Positions 42,462-57,704 of a stretch of 64,000 nucleotides of DNA are shown here, piece by piece. The translations under genes and the position numbers were made by a program. This DNA comes from Chromera velia. Its lineage: Eukaryota. The stretch lies in contig JAHBMJ010000135.1 in assembly GCA_018398765.1 (NCBI GenBank), positions 62,001-126,000 on the forward strand. Direction: 5' to 3'. A model generated the notes under the pieces. The model ran no database searches and was not told the DNA's origin. It was given only the letters and a program-made list of their open reading frames with translations. Numbering within the stretch: the first letter of the stretch is position 1; each line of letters begins with the position of its first letter.

Positions 42462-43189
42462 GTTCGTGTATGCATAGCATATCCCAACATACCGGCTGTA
42501 ACCGGCTGTTAGTTCGCTTGATAACAGGTGTTCTGCCTAGGTCTGTTTCACAATATTTTAGACAATAAAAACATTGAAAGTCTGAAAAATTATTAGAAAA
42601 ACAGTAATTATGATACCAAATTTTAGGACCGATTATTAGAATGCATTATTAAACACTTTGACTCATTGTTTATCACTCATAAGAGTACATAAGAGCTCAT
42701 AAAAACTATAAAAGAATTAGCAGCAAAGAGAACAAAATTTTTAAGCGCAAAACTTTTCACTATTTTTAGCTAGACCTTTAGTATATTTTCATTACTTTGG
42801 GGACCGCCTTATTGAGCTTTTAAACAATAAATCACATACCAATATATCCAGACTATCTCAGATTGGCAATCAAGGTCGTTCAATAACGATTATAATTGTA
42901 AATACGCAAAAATTAAAAGCTTTGTTAGACAAAAAATGATTTTTTTTCGTTTCTGAATGGTTTTGGGGCTTATTTTTAAATTGGAAAGAGACAAATTGCT
43001 CACATAACTCAGTCGCGGTCTGCATCTATCTGTGCACTGGTACTTCAATCTTGGGAGCTGCAATTGGCTGCAATTTCATAAGAACATACACATAAAGAAT
43101 ACATGTATTGTTTCCTAAATTACTTCCAAATATGTTTACAAAGAATTAAGATAAAAGAAATTTCATTCAGCGGCACGCACGGCAATGCA

Positions 43190-45720
<2,531 letters not shown>

Positions 45721-45779
45721 TCACTAGCCACCCAAAAATCTATGCAGCCGGCCGTGATCCCTCCTCATCCCGCCCGCTG

Positions 45780-47430
45780 ACTCATGAGGATTCGCAACCA
45801 TACATGCGTTCTATCTTGCTACCGCAAAGATTGCCCCATTCGGCGTTTCCACCTCTGTGCCAGGATCTGATAACAGGTCCGAATACGCCGAGAACAGCTG
45901 GCACTGCTGCACCCCAGCAGAGGTGCCGAAGAAGAAAAAGGCACACTGTAGATTCCCTTGGCACGTGGCCGAACAAAGGGCCTCCTCCTTCATTGCAATG
46001 GACTCAATCATCGAGTGAGGAGGGCAGGTCAGCGCACCTCTGGAGATCAACTGGGGGGGGGGCCTGAAAACCTTGAGGGAGGAGAGGCCTGCCAGTGCCT
46101 CAAACTGTTCTGCACTCACTGGCGGCGCCTGGCCGTAGGAGAGGGGGAAGCACTCGCAGGGGTGGAGGTGCAGAGAAGGATTGGAGGAGACGTCAGGGTC
46201 GTGTATGACCAGCGGGAGCTCCAAGCTCTTGTTCTGCACTATGCCTGTCCGACCCCTCACTCTCGTCCCTGTTGGCACACATTTTTCCTTATGCGGAGGG
46301 GGAAGGGCAGTCTCGAGGCACATTCGCAAGAGCCCATTTGTTTGGCAGGTTTGTTAAAAGATTTTCGGTCTCGACGTTAAACAGCTTCACGGTAGAACTC
46401 AAAGATGCCTGCCCCGTTTTGTCGGGCAGACAGGCGAGGGTCCGTGCCCTCAGGTGGAATATCCCTGTGGAGGGGTCTATAACGTCCATCGAGAGGGAAG
46501 CCTGCAAACAAGCAATTCATTCCATGAAAGCGTAGTCGGAAGAGGGATCAACAGAAAAGAGAGAGAGAGGGTCCACACCGATCGGGTAAATTGGAGAGGT
46601 GCACGGGAGTCCTTGGGGACTTATATGGTAATGGAGTGGACGGGGGGAGGGAGGCATGCAGAGAAATGAAATACCGCGTCCGTCAAGGGCTTGAAGCTCT
46701 GCTCTATGTACGGAAGGAAAGAAAGGAAGAAAGAAAAAAAGGAGGGAAAACGTCAATACATATACACATCGAAAGAAAGAGCCCATCCACCTACAACGTG
46801 AAGGGAGGGAAGGAGGGAGGGAGGGAGGGAGGGAGGGAGATGCATGCAGGTAGGCAGGCACTCCAATAAACTAACTGAATGAATCAGCGGGCGAGCTTCA
46901 ATGCAGTGAGTGAGAAAGAAAGTTTAGCGTTGATCAGCTGAATGAACGAGGGGCGGCCAAGCTGAGGACTCTTATTTAATAACAGGGAAGAAGTACGCAG
47001 TGCACTTCATTGACTGATTCAGTCGGATGCACAACACTGAAAGAAAGACGAGCAGAAAAGAAGGACGGCCGATTGGGTCCAGGCATCTAAAGAAGAAAAG
47101 AGGATGGAGCAGACAGATTGACAAAAAAAGAGGAAGAAAGCAATTGACGGATTAACTGACCTGTTTGATAATCTACTTAAAACCTTGACAGGGGCTGTTG
47201 GCGTCTTCCCTCTCAGCCTAGAATCTCAAAAGGAAGGCGCTGTCTTCTGCCGCGAAGCCTGTCTTCTTGTACATAAATTCACCTGCATGCAAATCACCAC
47301 CATTTATATCATGACGATCATGTGGCAACCTTGGTCATACGAAGTCCGCTCATGCCGCGCAAGCACCTACGGCGGAAAGGGGCCAGAGATCGCAAAAAAC
47401 TTGAAGACGTAGGCTGTCACCCGCTTTTCA
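45780..47430 (-). pseudogene. Decayed exons of a PAN/Apple-like domain surface protein
   Basis: Cys pattern EALCSATCQGNLQCAFFFF..QQCQLF at about 45890-45990 resembles PAN/Apple. An acceptor TTTGCAG lies at about 46502. Reading frames are interrupted by stops and a frame change. Limits uncertain. Confidence 0.5.
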
Positions 47431-49250
47431 TTCAGGACAAGATTGCTTTTTAGAGGTCCCTTTAGCTTTTTTTGTATCTCATTTTTGGACTTTTGTTTCT
47501 TTAATTCCTAAGAAAAGTCTCTGTCAACTCCTTTGTGATGATTACCAGCGAGCAAAAGGGTACAACACTCTCTTTCTCACTTTCTTTCTCTTCTGTACGG
47601 TCACTTCCTTTCCTCCCTGCCTACGGGGAAATAGTTTTTGTTTCACGTTCTCCACTGGTGCTGATGTGTGAGCATGTGTGTGCGTGAGAGTATTTGTATG
47701 TGTATTGGTTCAGTCGACTCCCAGATTCAGTCCCCTCCTCCCTTTCGGCAGACTCCTCTAACAACAGAAGTGAAGAAAAAGAAGGAAAGACCCCAAAATC
47801 TCACTACTTTTGGAGGGTGGAAAAGTTGAAAATCTCTCCAGAAGCAATGCTACAGCGCGGGCTACAGGCACATGCAGACAGACAGACAGATAGACAAACA
47901 CACTTTGGAAACCATACAAACAAACAGAACCTCCGTCCGACCTCCTTGTTTGTTCTTTCTTACCTCTACTTTTGTCCCCAAAAGCGGCGCAGAAACTTCC
48001 CGCATACTACCGCATTCTGTCGACTGCATACATCCATGCATTCGTCATTCAAATTATGTGTTTGCATGTCTCGGAGAATGAAAAGCGGTATTGAAACGGA
48101 AGGGCTGACCGTTGAAGGGAAGGGCTGACAGGTACATACAGGCATGTACGCCATGCATCACTATACTCTAACAATATGAATAGAAGATTCATCCCGATAT
48201 CTGACGGCAGGGAGGCTCATCAATTGACAAAACGAATGCATGAAGGCAATGCCGCGTTTCTTAATTCATCCATCAAGCAATTCTGCCCGCCCCGCTACTG
48301 TAAAGCGGTGCAACATGCACTCCCCCATACACCAAATACAAGAGGTTATATACTATATATATTTTTTAAAAAAGTTTACAAAATTGATTTTAATGTAACA
48401 CACCAAAATGCGCCAGCTATATATGTTACTGTTAATATCTCTGTTAATGTAGTCTTTGCGTATCCTTTCAGAAGTTTCTTCCTTTGTAATTAATATCATG
48501 ATTCAAATGATATTCTGTGTAATATTTGTATAACTTTGGCACTCTGCATTCGTCATACCATTCGTAGCATTTATAGTATTTTTTTTTATGTTTAAGACAA
48601 TCTGAGATAAATAGCCGCACAGTATATATAGAAGAAAACGAATTTTAGGGGATCGATTCACCTTAAGTTTGAAATAATTTGAAACTTAAATTTAATGTAT
48701 GGATTACAGTAAAATGATTATGTTCTTTTTAGTTTTATTGAAAAAGTTATTAATCAAATAGAATCAAATCAAAGCGTTACTAAAAAAGCATAAGTTTTAA
48801 TGACTAGCTAGATGACTAGCTTAGTGGTTAGTTCTTTGATTAAATAGTGGTGCACCAACTAGTGCTTCGACGATCAATAGCTTCGATAATATTAAGGAGT
48901 AGGAATAAGCGTAGGTCATTTAAAAAAAAATAAACTGTAAAAACAAAAAATTAGAAAGATCTTTGAATAAGACTTATTTTCAAAAATATCGCCCTTCGAA
49001 AAAATAAAACAGACTTAAACAATTTGAGACTCAGGTCAAGTTTGAATATCTAAAACCTCAGCATGCAATTTTTTGTATTCAAAATTGCATGCAACAACTT
49101 TGAAAATCGATCCGAAACGGCTTGCAGTCAGGGCGCTCTCAGACTCACTCTTTTTTGAAGTTTTTTCAATTTCTGAGTTTATACAAATTTTTGTAATCAA
49201 GTTTTGGATGTTGTGGTGCAACGACAGTGCTAGCGACAGTGTGCAGAACG

Positions 49251-51762
49251 TTAGTACTGGTCTTTTGGTCTTATGACAAATTTGCAGTACAGATTGCAAA
49301 GCGCCTTTCGAACCTTGTTGCTCAAATGGTTGCCAACAAGGTTGACGCTATAAAGGCAAGATAGTCGGACAGACAACCGTTTGTTGGTTAGCAAGCCTGC
49401 CCCCTCGTCGGTGATGCCGTTGTTTCGCAATGCAAGCACCTCTAGTGGAGGAGGAGTTGTTCTACTCCACGCTTCTGCAAACGCCCTCAAACCCTCGTTT
49501 GCAAGCCCTGTAAAGTTCAACCCCAGTTTTCTCAAATTCGGTAAGCACGCGCGGTTTACCACCTCGGAGAGGGCCTTCCCGCCCTCGGGCCGCAGCAACA
49601 CTTGGCTCAGCTGCAGATCTGAAAGCGCAAACAGCCTACCTCTCCGCAGCCCAGTGCAGAAGACCATCACCCCGGGCACCAACAGGCTTCCATGCACGCG
49701 GAGCATCTGCAGTCTGCACAGGCTGCCTGACCCCAAGGCACGATGCGAAAAGACACCGACTTCTGGGGGATTCAGGAAGATCTGCAGATACTTCAACTGT
49801 CCCCTTCCCGGTGTAGTTTCTGCTGCTGAAAGAAGAGCTGAAGTGAAGGCCTGAATGCCCTCTGGTCCCATTTTTTCGGTGTCTACCTGCAGCTCCGCAA
49901 GGTTAGGGACTTTCACGGAAGTGAAAACCTTGGCTAGACCTCTCGCTGCCTCAGGGCTCAGTTTGCAGGAATGGATGATCAGGCTTTGCAGCGCGGGCAG
50001 GGAACCTTCGCCCCCTGCGAGACCATTAAAAAACCCGGCCACACTGTCACCCTCGGGAGTAAACAGCCCGTAACCGTAGTTTGCGAACACAGAGCTACGG
50101 ATTGACAAAGTCAGTTGTTCAAAGTATATCAGAGGCTCTTTCGAGACTGTCAGGCTCTCACCGAAAATCCTCCAGCCCTCTCTGTCTACAACGTTTCCCA
50201 AATTACAGGAGAAATCCAACCTCCTCAACCCCGGAATTTTCCGATCCCGAATGACCCTAGAGAACCCCCCAACCCCCTTATCTGCTCCTTTCCGGGTCCT
50301 CATCCTAGTTGACACACAAATGTCTACTGCCAGAGAAGGAGGAACACACCCAACAGAAATGCCCTCACAGAGAGTCCCCAGACTCTCATCACAATTCCAA
50401 AAAAGCTCCAAAATTCGAAGGGACAAGGGGGCCCTGCCGGTGCTCAGGACTTCCCCCAGCTCTCTACACCCCTCCCCCGCACACCCGTTCACATCGACAC
50501 AGAGATGCCGAAGGCTGACCAGCCTACCAGATCCCAAACCCGCAGCAAGCCCCCCCACCCCCTCACTGCTTCCATCCTCCTTCCATCTCAAGTGCAGCTC
50601 CTGCAGATGCGAAAGCCCGCAGCAGCCAAGGGCCCGCACAAACCCAAACAACACCTCACGTTTCACCTGCAGTGCACTCAGATGCAAAGAACATCTCTCC
50701 AGCAGGCCAAGTTTGCCGCCCCCCTCCTCCAGACCCGAAGCTAAAATCCCCAAACCCTCAGCAACCCCCTCCTGATCTCCCTGCTCCCCCCTAAACCAGT
50801 TAGTCAGAGCGGCAACATGCAACTCGAGACAGCGAAGAAACGGCAACCCCTCGCTTCGACTTTTGTCCACCAGACTTCGACACAACGATGCAAACCCGAC
50901 ACCTAGAACCTCCGATCGCTGCCCTAATCTCAAGTCCCTCAGATCGGACAGCCAGCCCGACTCTAGGGCCTTCCATAATGCTGCCATGCCGCCTTTGGCC
51001 TCTGTCGTCCCACTCAAATCTAAAGTTTGAAGCCCAGGAGCCCCTCCAACCTCGAGGGCCAGACCCAACTCATGTACCCCCTCGACCCCCACGAGTGTTC
51101 CCGGCAGTCGGAGGGCGCGGAGGCTTTTCAGCTTCCCCTCTTTCACAGCCTGCGCACACAAACGAAACCCCTCATCACCCAGACGGTTGGCTCCTAGGTC
51201 GAGCTCTTCCAAGACAGGGAGACGGCTGGTGGAAGCAAAAAGAGCAGAGAGGCCCGTGAAATCTGATCCGGCACCTCGCTCTGTCAGGTGATTGTGAGCA
51301 AGGAGCAGAACCTTCAACAAAGGCACAGAGCCGGTACTGAACGCTGCTGCGAGGAACGCGAGCCCCGCTGGGCGTACGTCGTCACCACAGAGATCCAAGA
51401 GACGGAGAGACTGCAGTTGAGAGGATTTGAGAGCGTCTGCGAGTTCTCTTTGCTCCAACGTCCTTCAACCGGAGCGTCTGCAGAGGGAGGGCGGCATGTG
51501 TCCCCTGCCCCAACCCGGACAGGGACGCAGAGAGGCCCCGGCAGAGGGCCCCCACCCCAGAGGGGCCCAGGGGGTTTCCACTCAGATCTAGGCTCAGGAG
51601 ACGGGGCAGTCTGGAGGTGTCGAGAGCCAGACGGAGCGATCTGACAGACAGCCGGTGGAGGGAATTGCTTGCAGGAAGGGGGAGGAGAAAAGTGCAGAAA
51701 CCGGAAGGAAACGTGAAAAGATAGACAGACGGACAGACAGACAGACGGACAGACAGAGAGAC

Positions 51763-51795
<33 letters not shown>

Positions 51796-51799
51796 GGCG

Positions 51800-51834
<35 letters not shown>

Positions 51835-51851
51835 GGACAGACGGACAGACG

Positions 51852-51886
<35 letters not shown>

Positions 51887-51904
51887 GGACAGACGGACAG
51901 ACGG

Positions 51905-51938
<34 letters not shown>

Positions 51939-51943
51939 AGGCG

Positions 51944-51974
<31 letters not shown>

Positions 51975-52071
51975 GGACAGACGGACAGACGGACAGACGG
52001 ACAGACGGACAGACGGACAGACGGACAGACGGACAGACAGACAGACAGATAGGCGGAGAGACAGATAGGCG

Positions 52072-52106
<35 letters not shown>

Positions 52107-52107
52107 G

Positions 52108-52138
<31 letters not shown>

Positions 52139-52147
52139 AGATAGGCG

Positions 52148-52179
<32 letters not shown>

Positions 52180-53757
52180 CGGTGATTTGCGGAAACGCAA
52201 GACAGAGAGACGGCAACGACACGTGAAGGAAAAGAGATCACTCAAAACAGTTCAGGAAGAGAGAGGAGTGAGAAGCAACCTTTCCCCCCCCAACCTTGCA
52301 GAACCAGGCTCCCGAGAGAAGCCGGGAGGGACTCGAACAGTGAGCGAATTTGTGCAGTGTTCAGGTGATTCAATTTGCAGTCTGCAGTCGTAGTGAAGAG
52401 GGGAGTTTGAAGAGTGTGTGACTCACGAGAGAGAGACACAGAGAGGAACAGATAGAAGAAGACGCATGTGAATAGAAGGACTCAGTAATTCGGGCAGGGT
52501 AATAACTGATCTGCGCACAAAAGAGGAGCTTGTGTGTCTGTCGGACAGGACTGTCATCGCACAAAGCCACAACAGCCTACCACACCAGGCGAGTGTACGC
52601 ACAAAACGCTTGCTCTGCATGATTCTTTCAGGTCACTTCTGTAAATTGAGTCCTTTTGATAATGAACATAACTGTGCGCACTATGACCTCTCCTGTGTGT
52701 GCCTGATCTTCTATCTGATCAGTGGCTAGGATCATGGGGATGGATGGATTCTGCTTTCCAGTCCGACTGACTGACTTGCGAGCACGAGCGTCTTTAGACC
52801 AGAGACCGGTACAGGGCCCTTCACTTCTCTTCTCAAACGCTCCAAGAAGGAGACCAGGGACGATAGCAAAGGTCCACTCGAAATCCACGATCCTGCACAG
52901 AGCAGAACCAAACAGAGGGATTGGAACGAAGGGAGACTAACATCGTGAAAGTGTTTGTCGTCCACAATAAATAGAGAACATGAAGACGTGCAGAAACTCT
53001 CAAATGTTCCTTTGTCTGCTTCCGTTTCTCTCTGTCTTCGTATTCTGCTTTGACTTCCTTTTCTTCTCAAATCTTCCTCATTTCCTCGCCTCCTTCCCCT
53101 CGCATTGTTCTTTCCTGTACCCCCCGCCTCCCCCCCCCCCTTTGCGTTCTTCCTCTCTGAACCCGTCGAATGCAGACGCAGCCTCACAACTCATTTCAAA
53201 GACACACGGACGAAAGATGGCAATGGCCGGAGGAAATCCGGTCAGAAAACAGATAGAGAGGCAGAGCTCGATTCAACCAAGGCAGGAACTTCAAAGCGAT
53301 GAGCACCAAGCAATACTGAACAGGGAGCTTCAGTCATGCTGCCCATTGACCAACTAATCTGAGCCTCCCTCCCTCCCTCCCTCCCTTTCTCCCTCCCTTT
53401 CTCCCTCCCTTTCTCCCTCTCTCTCCCTCCCTCCCTCCCCCCCTCCCCCCCTCTCTGACCGCATTGGAGAGTTTCGACGAGGCCGGGTCCCAAGGGGAGG
53501 GCAGAAAGCAGAACAAGAAGCTTGCCGGCACCCAGAGAGAAGTCTGCAGGGGAGGGAGACGGTGGGAGACAGGAAAGGAAAGAAGGGAATCGCATGCAGG
53601 AGAACTAATGATGTATTTCGACAGCTAGGGAAACAAAAACGAAGAAACACCTCACGTCGAAGAGAAACAGCCTCTCCAAGACAACAAACAGATTCAGGAG
53701 AGTGTTTTGGATCCAAACAAGCGTTTTCAATCTGCTACATCTCGTATGAGATCCCTC

Positions 53758-53816
<59 letters not shown>

Positions 53817-54442
53817 GCGAGCCCGTACAGACATGCACTTGCATGTGACTCTATGAGCATTGTCCCAAATTTTTTCCTTAAATCTTTGAATCTAGATGAC
53901 TTTGGACGACTCCTGCTGTCTGAAGAAAAGTCCTTGCCTTGCATCTAAATTTCACTCCATTCGTCCACCGACTCATGCAGCTTCTTGTCACCCCACCCAT
54001 CCCAGACACGATCCGATTCCTTGCAGCACCCGGTTATGGCCATCATTTTCTTCCAACAGAATTTGGCTGCAGGCCGGACTGACTAGCTGCATGCCGTCGT
54101 ATTTGCTCTTCCATCTGCTATCCAAAAACATGTCTTCACATTTTGTTGCTCTATCTGACGGCTGATTCAATCGACTCCTGTTGTATCGAGAAGAAACAAA
54201 GGTGCGAATGCATTCGTGAGAGGCAAGAGGCCCACCGGAGAGGTCAGCCATGGGGAAGGACACGGTGGTCCGCCCCTGCAGACACATGTGACATTGCGCA
54301 CACGAACACGAACATACGCACTCAGAGAGACGGAGGAGAGGGGGGGAGAAGGATATAAATAGCACATGAAAAGAAAGTCCCTACAGACATGCACTCACAG
54401 ACACAGCCACAGACACAGGCACAGACACAGCCACAGACACAG

Positions 54443-54476
<34 letters not shown>

Positions 54477-55200
54477 GGGNNNNNNNNNNNNNNNNNNNNN
54501 NNNNNNNNNNNNNNNNNNNNNNNNNNNNNNNNNNNNNNNNNNNNNNNNNNNNNNNNNNNNNNNNNNNNNNNNNNNNNNNNNNNNNNNNNNNNNNNNNNNN
54601 NNNNNNNNNNNNNNNNNNNNNNNNNNNNNNNNNNNNNNNNNNNNNNNNNNNNNNNNNNNNNNNNNNNNNNNNNNNNNNNNNNNNNNNNNNNNNNNNNNNN
54701 NNNNNNNNNNNNNNNNNNNNNNGGGGGTCTCATCTGGTGCTTGAAACATTCCAGATGCATTCCCCATCTACTCATGGACGATTCATGCTGCTTTTTTCCT
54801 GGTAGGCGAACCTTTTTGATGAGCAGCACAAGAAGATAAAACAGCCCAAAGCTGTCACGTCGACAAGCCCGATCAGAAATTTCCTGCATGCATGCATGCA
54901 TAGACGTTGGCTGCATGTCGGTGAAATCCAGCGGCATAGACGGGACTTAAAGTACAGCTGCCCGTCGAGTCTGTCTAAAAGGCGTCCTACGGGTGGACGG
55001 ATAGAGACTGAATTGACCCGGCCGGATGGATCGGGACATGCAGCGGACGTACCTCGGGGAGTGGGTTGGCGTGCCGGAACAGTGCGGAGAGCGCTGCCGT
55101 CTCTCTAGGCACCTTTTCGTCCTCTTCTTTCATCTTTTTCCTGCCCAACCTGGTTCTCTCGAGCTCGTCGCTCTCTTTAAGCTGAATCTCTACCAGGATG
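49251..55200 (-). CDS. Ribonuclease-inhibitor-like leucine-rich repeat protein, spliced, with an apparent frameshift (possible pseudogene)
   Basis: Many LxxLxLxxNxL repeats in ORF 49251-51458 (LEELDLGANRLGDEG, LEVLALRNNGITDEG). Upstream exon-like blocks at about 51460-51670, 52280-52385, 52780-52893, 53460-53530, 54190-54275 and 55050-55200. 5' end uncertain; an N gap lies inside. Confidence 0.75.
51722..52178. repeat. Intronic (CAGA)n/(CGGA)n microsatellite
   Basis: Direct inspection. Confidence 0.97.
54480..54722. other. Assembly gap (N run)
   Basis: Run of N. Smaller gaps lie at 616, about 11188, about 14138 and 62238. Confidence 1.
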
Positions 55201-56496
55201 CGCCAGAAAAGAAGCTAAACGCCGAGTTCAGATCTTGAGTGTCTGACCTTTTCAACCTTTTACAAATCAGAAGGCGTAACAAGCTGAGTCCCGGACAACC
55301 AGCAACCGATGGAGGCAGTTTTTCAAGCACGCGTGAGTCTCGTGCCGGTTTTCAAGGACATTTCAAGTTTGAAGAACGGTGGCCAGGTTTACAATCCCTA
55401 GCTGTTTTTTGAACCGGGCGACTCGATCTGACAGATCGCGAGTGCATGCATGCTTGCGCACCATGCATGCGTTCATTCAATTAATTCCTTTAGTGTCTCT
55501 CTGGTCCTGTGTCGGGCCAGTATGCATCTTGCCTAGGCATAGATCTTGTCCGTCTGTTACGCGGTCATTCTGCTGCCAGCGCAATGATGGCCTTGCCCCC
55601 CCCCTGGACTAAGCCATCGATCCTAGTTTATGCCTTTCATAGCAAACAAAAATTAATACGTTTCATTCTCCGTGTGTTCGCGTGGTCAACGCTATCTATC
55701 TGTAGATAGGCGTAGTGGTCTTCTTTCCCCTTCCCGGCTTCTTCTTCAGTGATGCCCGTATCCAAATAAAAAATTTATTTCTCCTCAACACTGATAAAAC
55801 CCTCAATCATCACGTTTCTCCTCAACATTCCTTTGTTAAGCTTTTTTCTTCAGATCAATTCTCTCTCTCTCACATGTTTGACGGCTTTCGACTTCTTATT
55901 TATGTTTCTTCAATTTGATATCATAAAGCTCTTCTTCTCTTTTTTATCTTTTACACGCCTCACCCATAAAAATAGTCGTTTTCTTTTCTTCATTTCCCCT
56001 GCCAGCGCCCTGCTGGCTCTCCCCCTTCCTTTACTCTTTCTTCTCTGCAAGGCCCACATAAGCGGAAAACTCCTTCCCAAGCAGCATCTCGGTGACCTGT
56101 GTACCGCGTGCACCGCAACTTACCTAAACAGATACCAAGATTGTTGATACTGCTGCTTTCTAAACTGCTACTGACAACGTTTTCCACCATCTGTCTGCAA
56201 TTTTCTGACGTGCAGACGTATCGTTCATCTCCCCTAACCTTTCTGTTGCCTGTCTCACCATCACCCACCACTCAACCCCCCCTCTCCACCCTATCTCCCA
56301 ATTAAGACTCCACGCATGATTTCGGCGTCTGAATTTTTTTTTTTTGCGTGTCCCCTCTGCAGTCTGATTTCAATCATCGAAAACCTTATATTCTACAATG
56401 ATGCAGTGCAGTATATATGCAGAGATGAACACCGAATAAGGAAAAACAGTGGAGCAGAAACTTCATTCACGTCTTTGTCGACCAATTGCTAGAGAG

Positions 56497-57630
56497 ATGC
56501 TGGTTGTCAGATTGATCGGGCTCGCGTTAGCGGCGTTGGGAGCTAGGTTGGGAGCCTCGATTTCCGGTCGCTCTCTTTCGTCGCCGTCTCCGTCTCCGTC
56601 TCTGAGGCCTTTGTTTTTCCTGCGGCAGATCCGAACGGGCCGAGACTCAGTGCACGCTCAGAATCTCAGTCCGACAAAAATCTCGGAAAGGCCCAAGAGT
56701 GGCCTTTCGTGGCTTGCCTATGCACCGCTGGATGCGTTGAATGCTTCTCGTTTCAGCCGTCTACGTTCGGCGTTTGCCAGTCCACGCTTCGAAATCTGGA
56801 GACCAGCGAAGGGTCTCTTGCCGGGCTCCTCTCGTTGGCGTGTCACTCACCACCTGGAGACGTCATTGATGTCACAGGGAGAAGGACAGGGAGAGACGGG
56901 CACGGACTCCGAGGCACAGGGTCCGGTTGGTCTCGGGTCGCAGGTAGATCCAGTGAACTCTGAGGAGCTCTTCAAAGCCGCAGAGCGGGGAGACAGAAAA
57001 AGAGTGGCAGAGCTGGTCGCACTGGGGGCGGACGACAACCGTTGGGGATCGAACAAGACTGCCCGTTGGGGGTCGAACGAGACTGCCCTTCACAAAGCGA
57101 TCATCTTCAATGACGTCGGGGCTGTTCGACTCCTCGTGGAAGCTGGAGTGGATGTGAACGCGCGTACTGAACGGGGCCACTGCCCGCTGCATTATGCGGC
57201 GTCATTGTACATGGAGAACTGCACGGAGACGATCCATATTCTCCTCGATGCAGGCGCAAACGTGAATGTGAAGACCGACGAACCTGAGGGGGCGCATCTT
57301 GACACACCGCTCCACTTTGCTGCGGCGTTTGGGATCACGGAAGTCGTCGAGTTACTTGTAGCTGCGGGTGCCCAAGTAAGCGCACAGAATTCAGACGGCA
57401 TTACCCCTCTGCATCGAACAGCCTTTCCATGGGGGGAAGCGGAAAGCAGAAGGCATGCGGCAAAAGTAATCCTGGACGCAGGCGCCGACATCAACGTCCT
57501 CGGGGGTCGATTGGGCGGTAAAACACCGCTGGGATGGGCCGTTCGGTGGTCCAACGGAGCAGTCGAGGAGCTTTTACGGGAGCGTGGGGCTTGGGCTCTA
57601 CATTCGTGGCAGTTAGAAAGGGGCGAATAG
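56497..57630 (+). CDS. Intronless ankyrin-repeat protein with a signal peptide and an S/R-rich extension
   Basis: ATG at 56497 (MLVVRLIGLALAALGA). About six ANK repeats (ETALHKA, GHCPLHYAA, DTPLHFAA, GITPLHRTA, GKTPLGWA; GADVN-type linkers). Confidence 0.9.
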   Translation: MLVVRLIGLALAALGARLGASISGRSLSSPSPSPSLRPLFFLRQIRTGRDSVHAQNLSPTKISERPKSGLSWLAYAPLDALNASRFSRLRSAFASPRFEIWRPAKGLLPGSSRWRVTHHLETSLMSQGEGQGETGTDSEAQGPVGLGSQVDPVNSEELFKAAERGDRKRVAELVALGADDNRWGSNKTARWGSNETALHKAIIFNDVGAVRLLVEAGVDVNARTERGHCPLHYAASLYMENCTETIHILLDAGANVNVKTDEPEGAHLDTPLHFAAAFGITEVVELLVAAGAQVSAQNSDGITPLHRTAFPWGEAESRRHAAKVILDAGADINVLGGRLGGKTPLGWAVRWSNGAVEELLRERGAWALHSWQLERGE

Positions 57631-57704
57631 AAAAGGTCCACTAGGAGTCTAGGATTCACCAGGACCGTGACCAGGTCTGTGCTAGTAGCACCAAGTATAA
57701 TACT

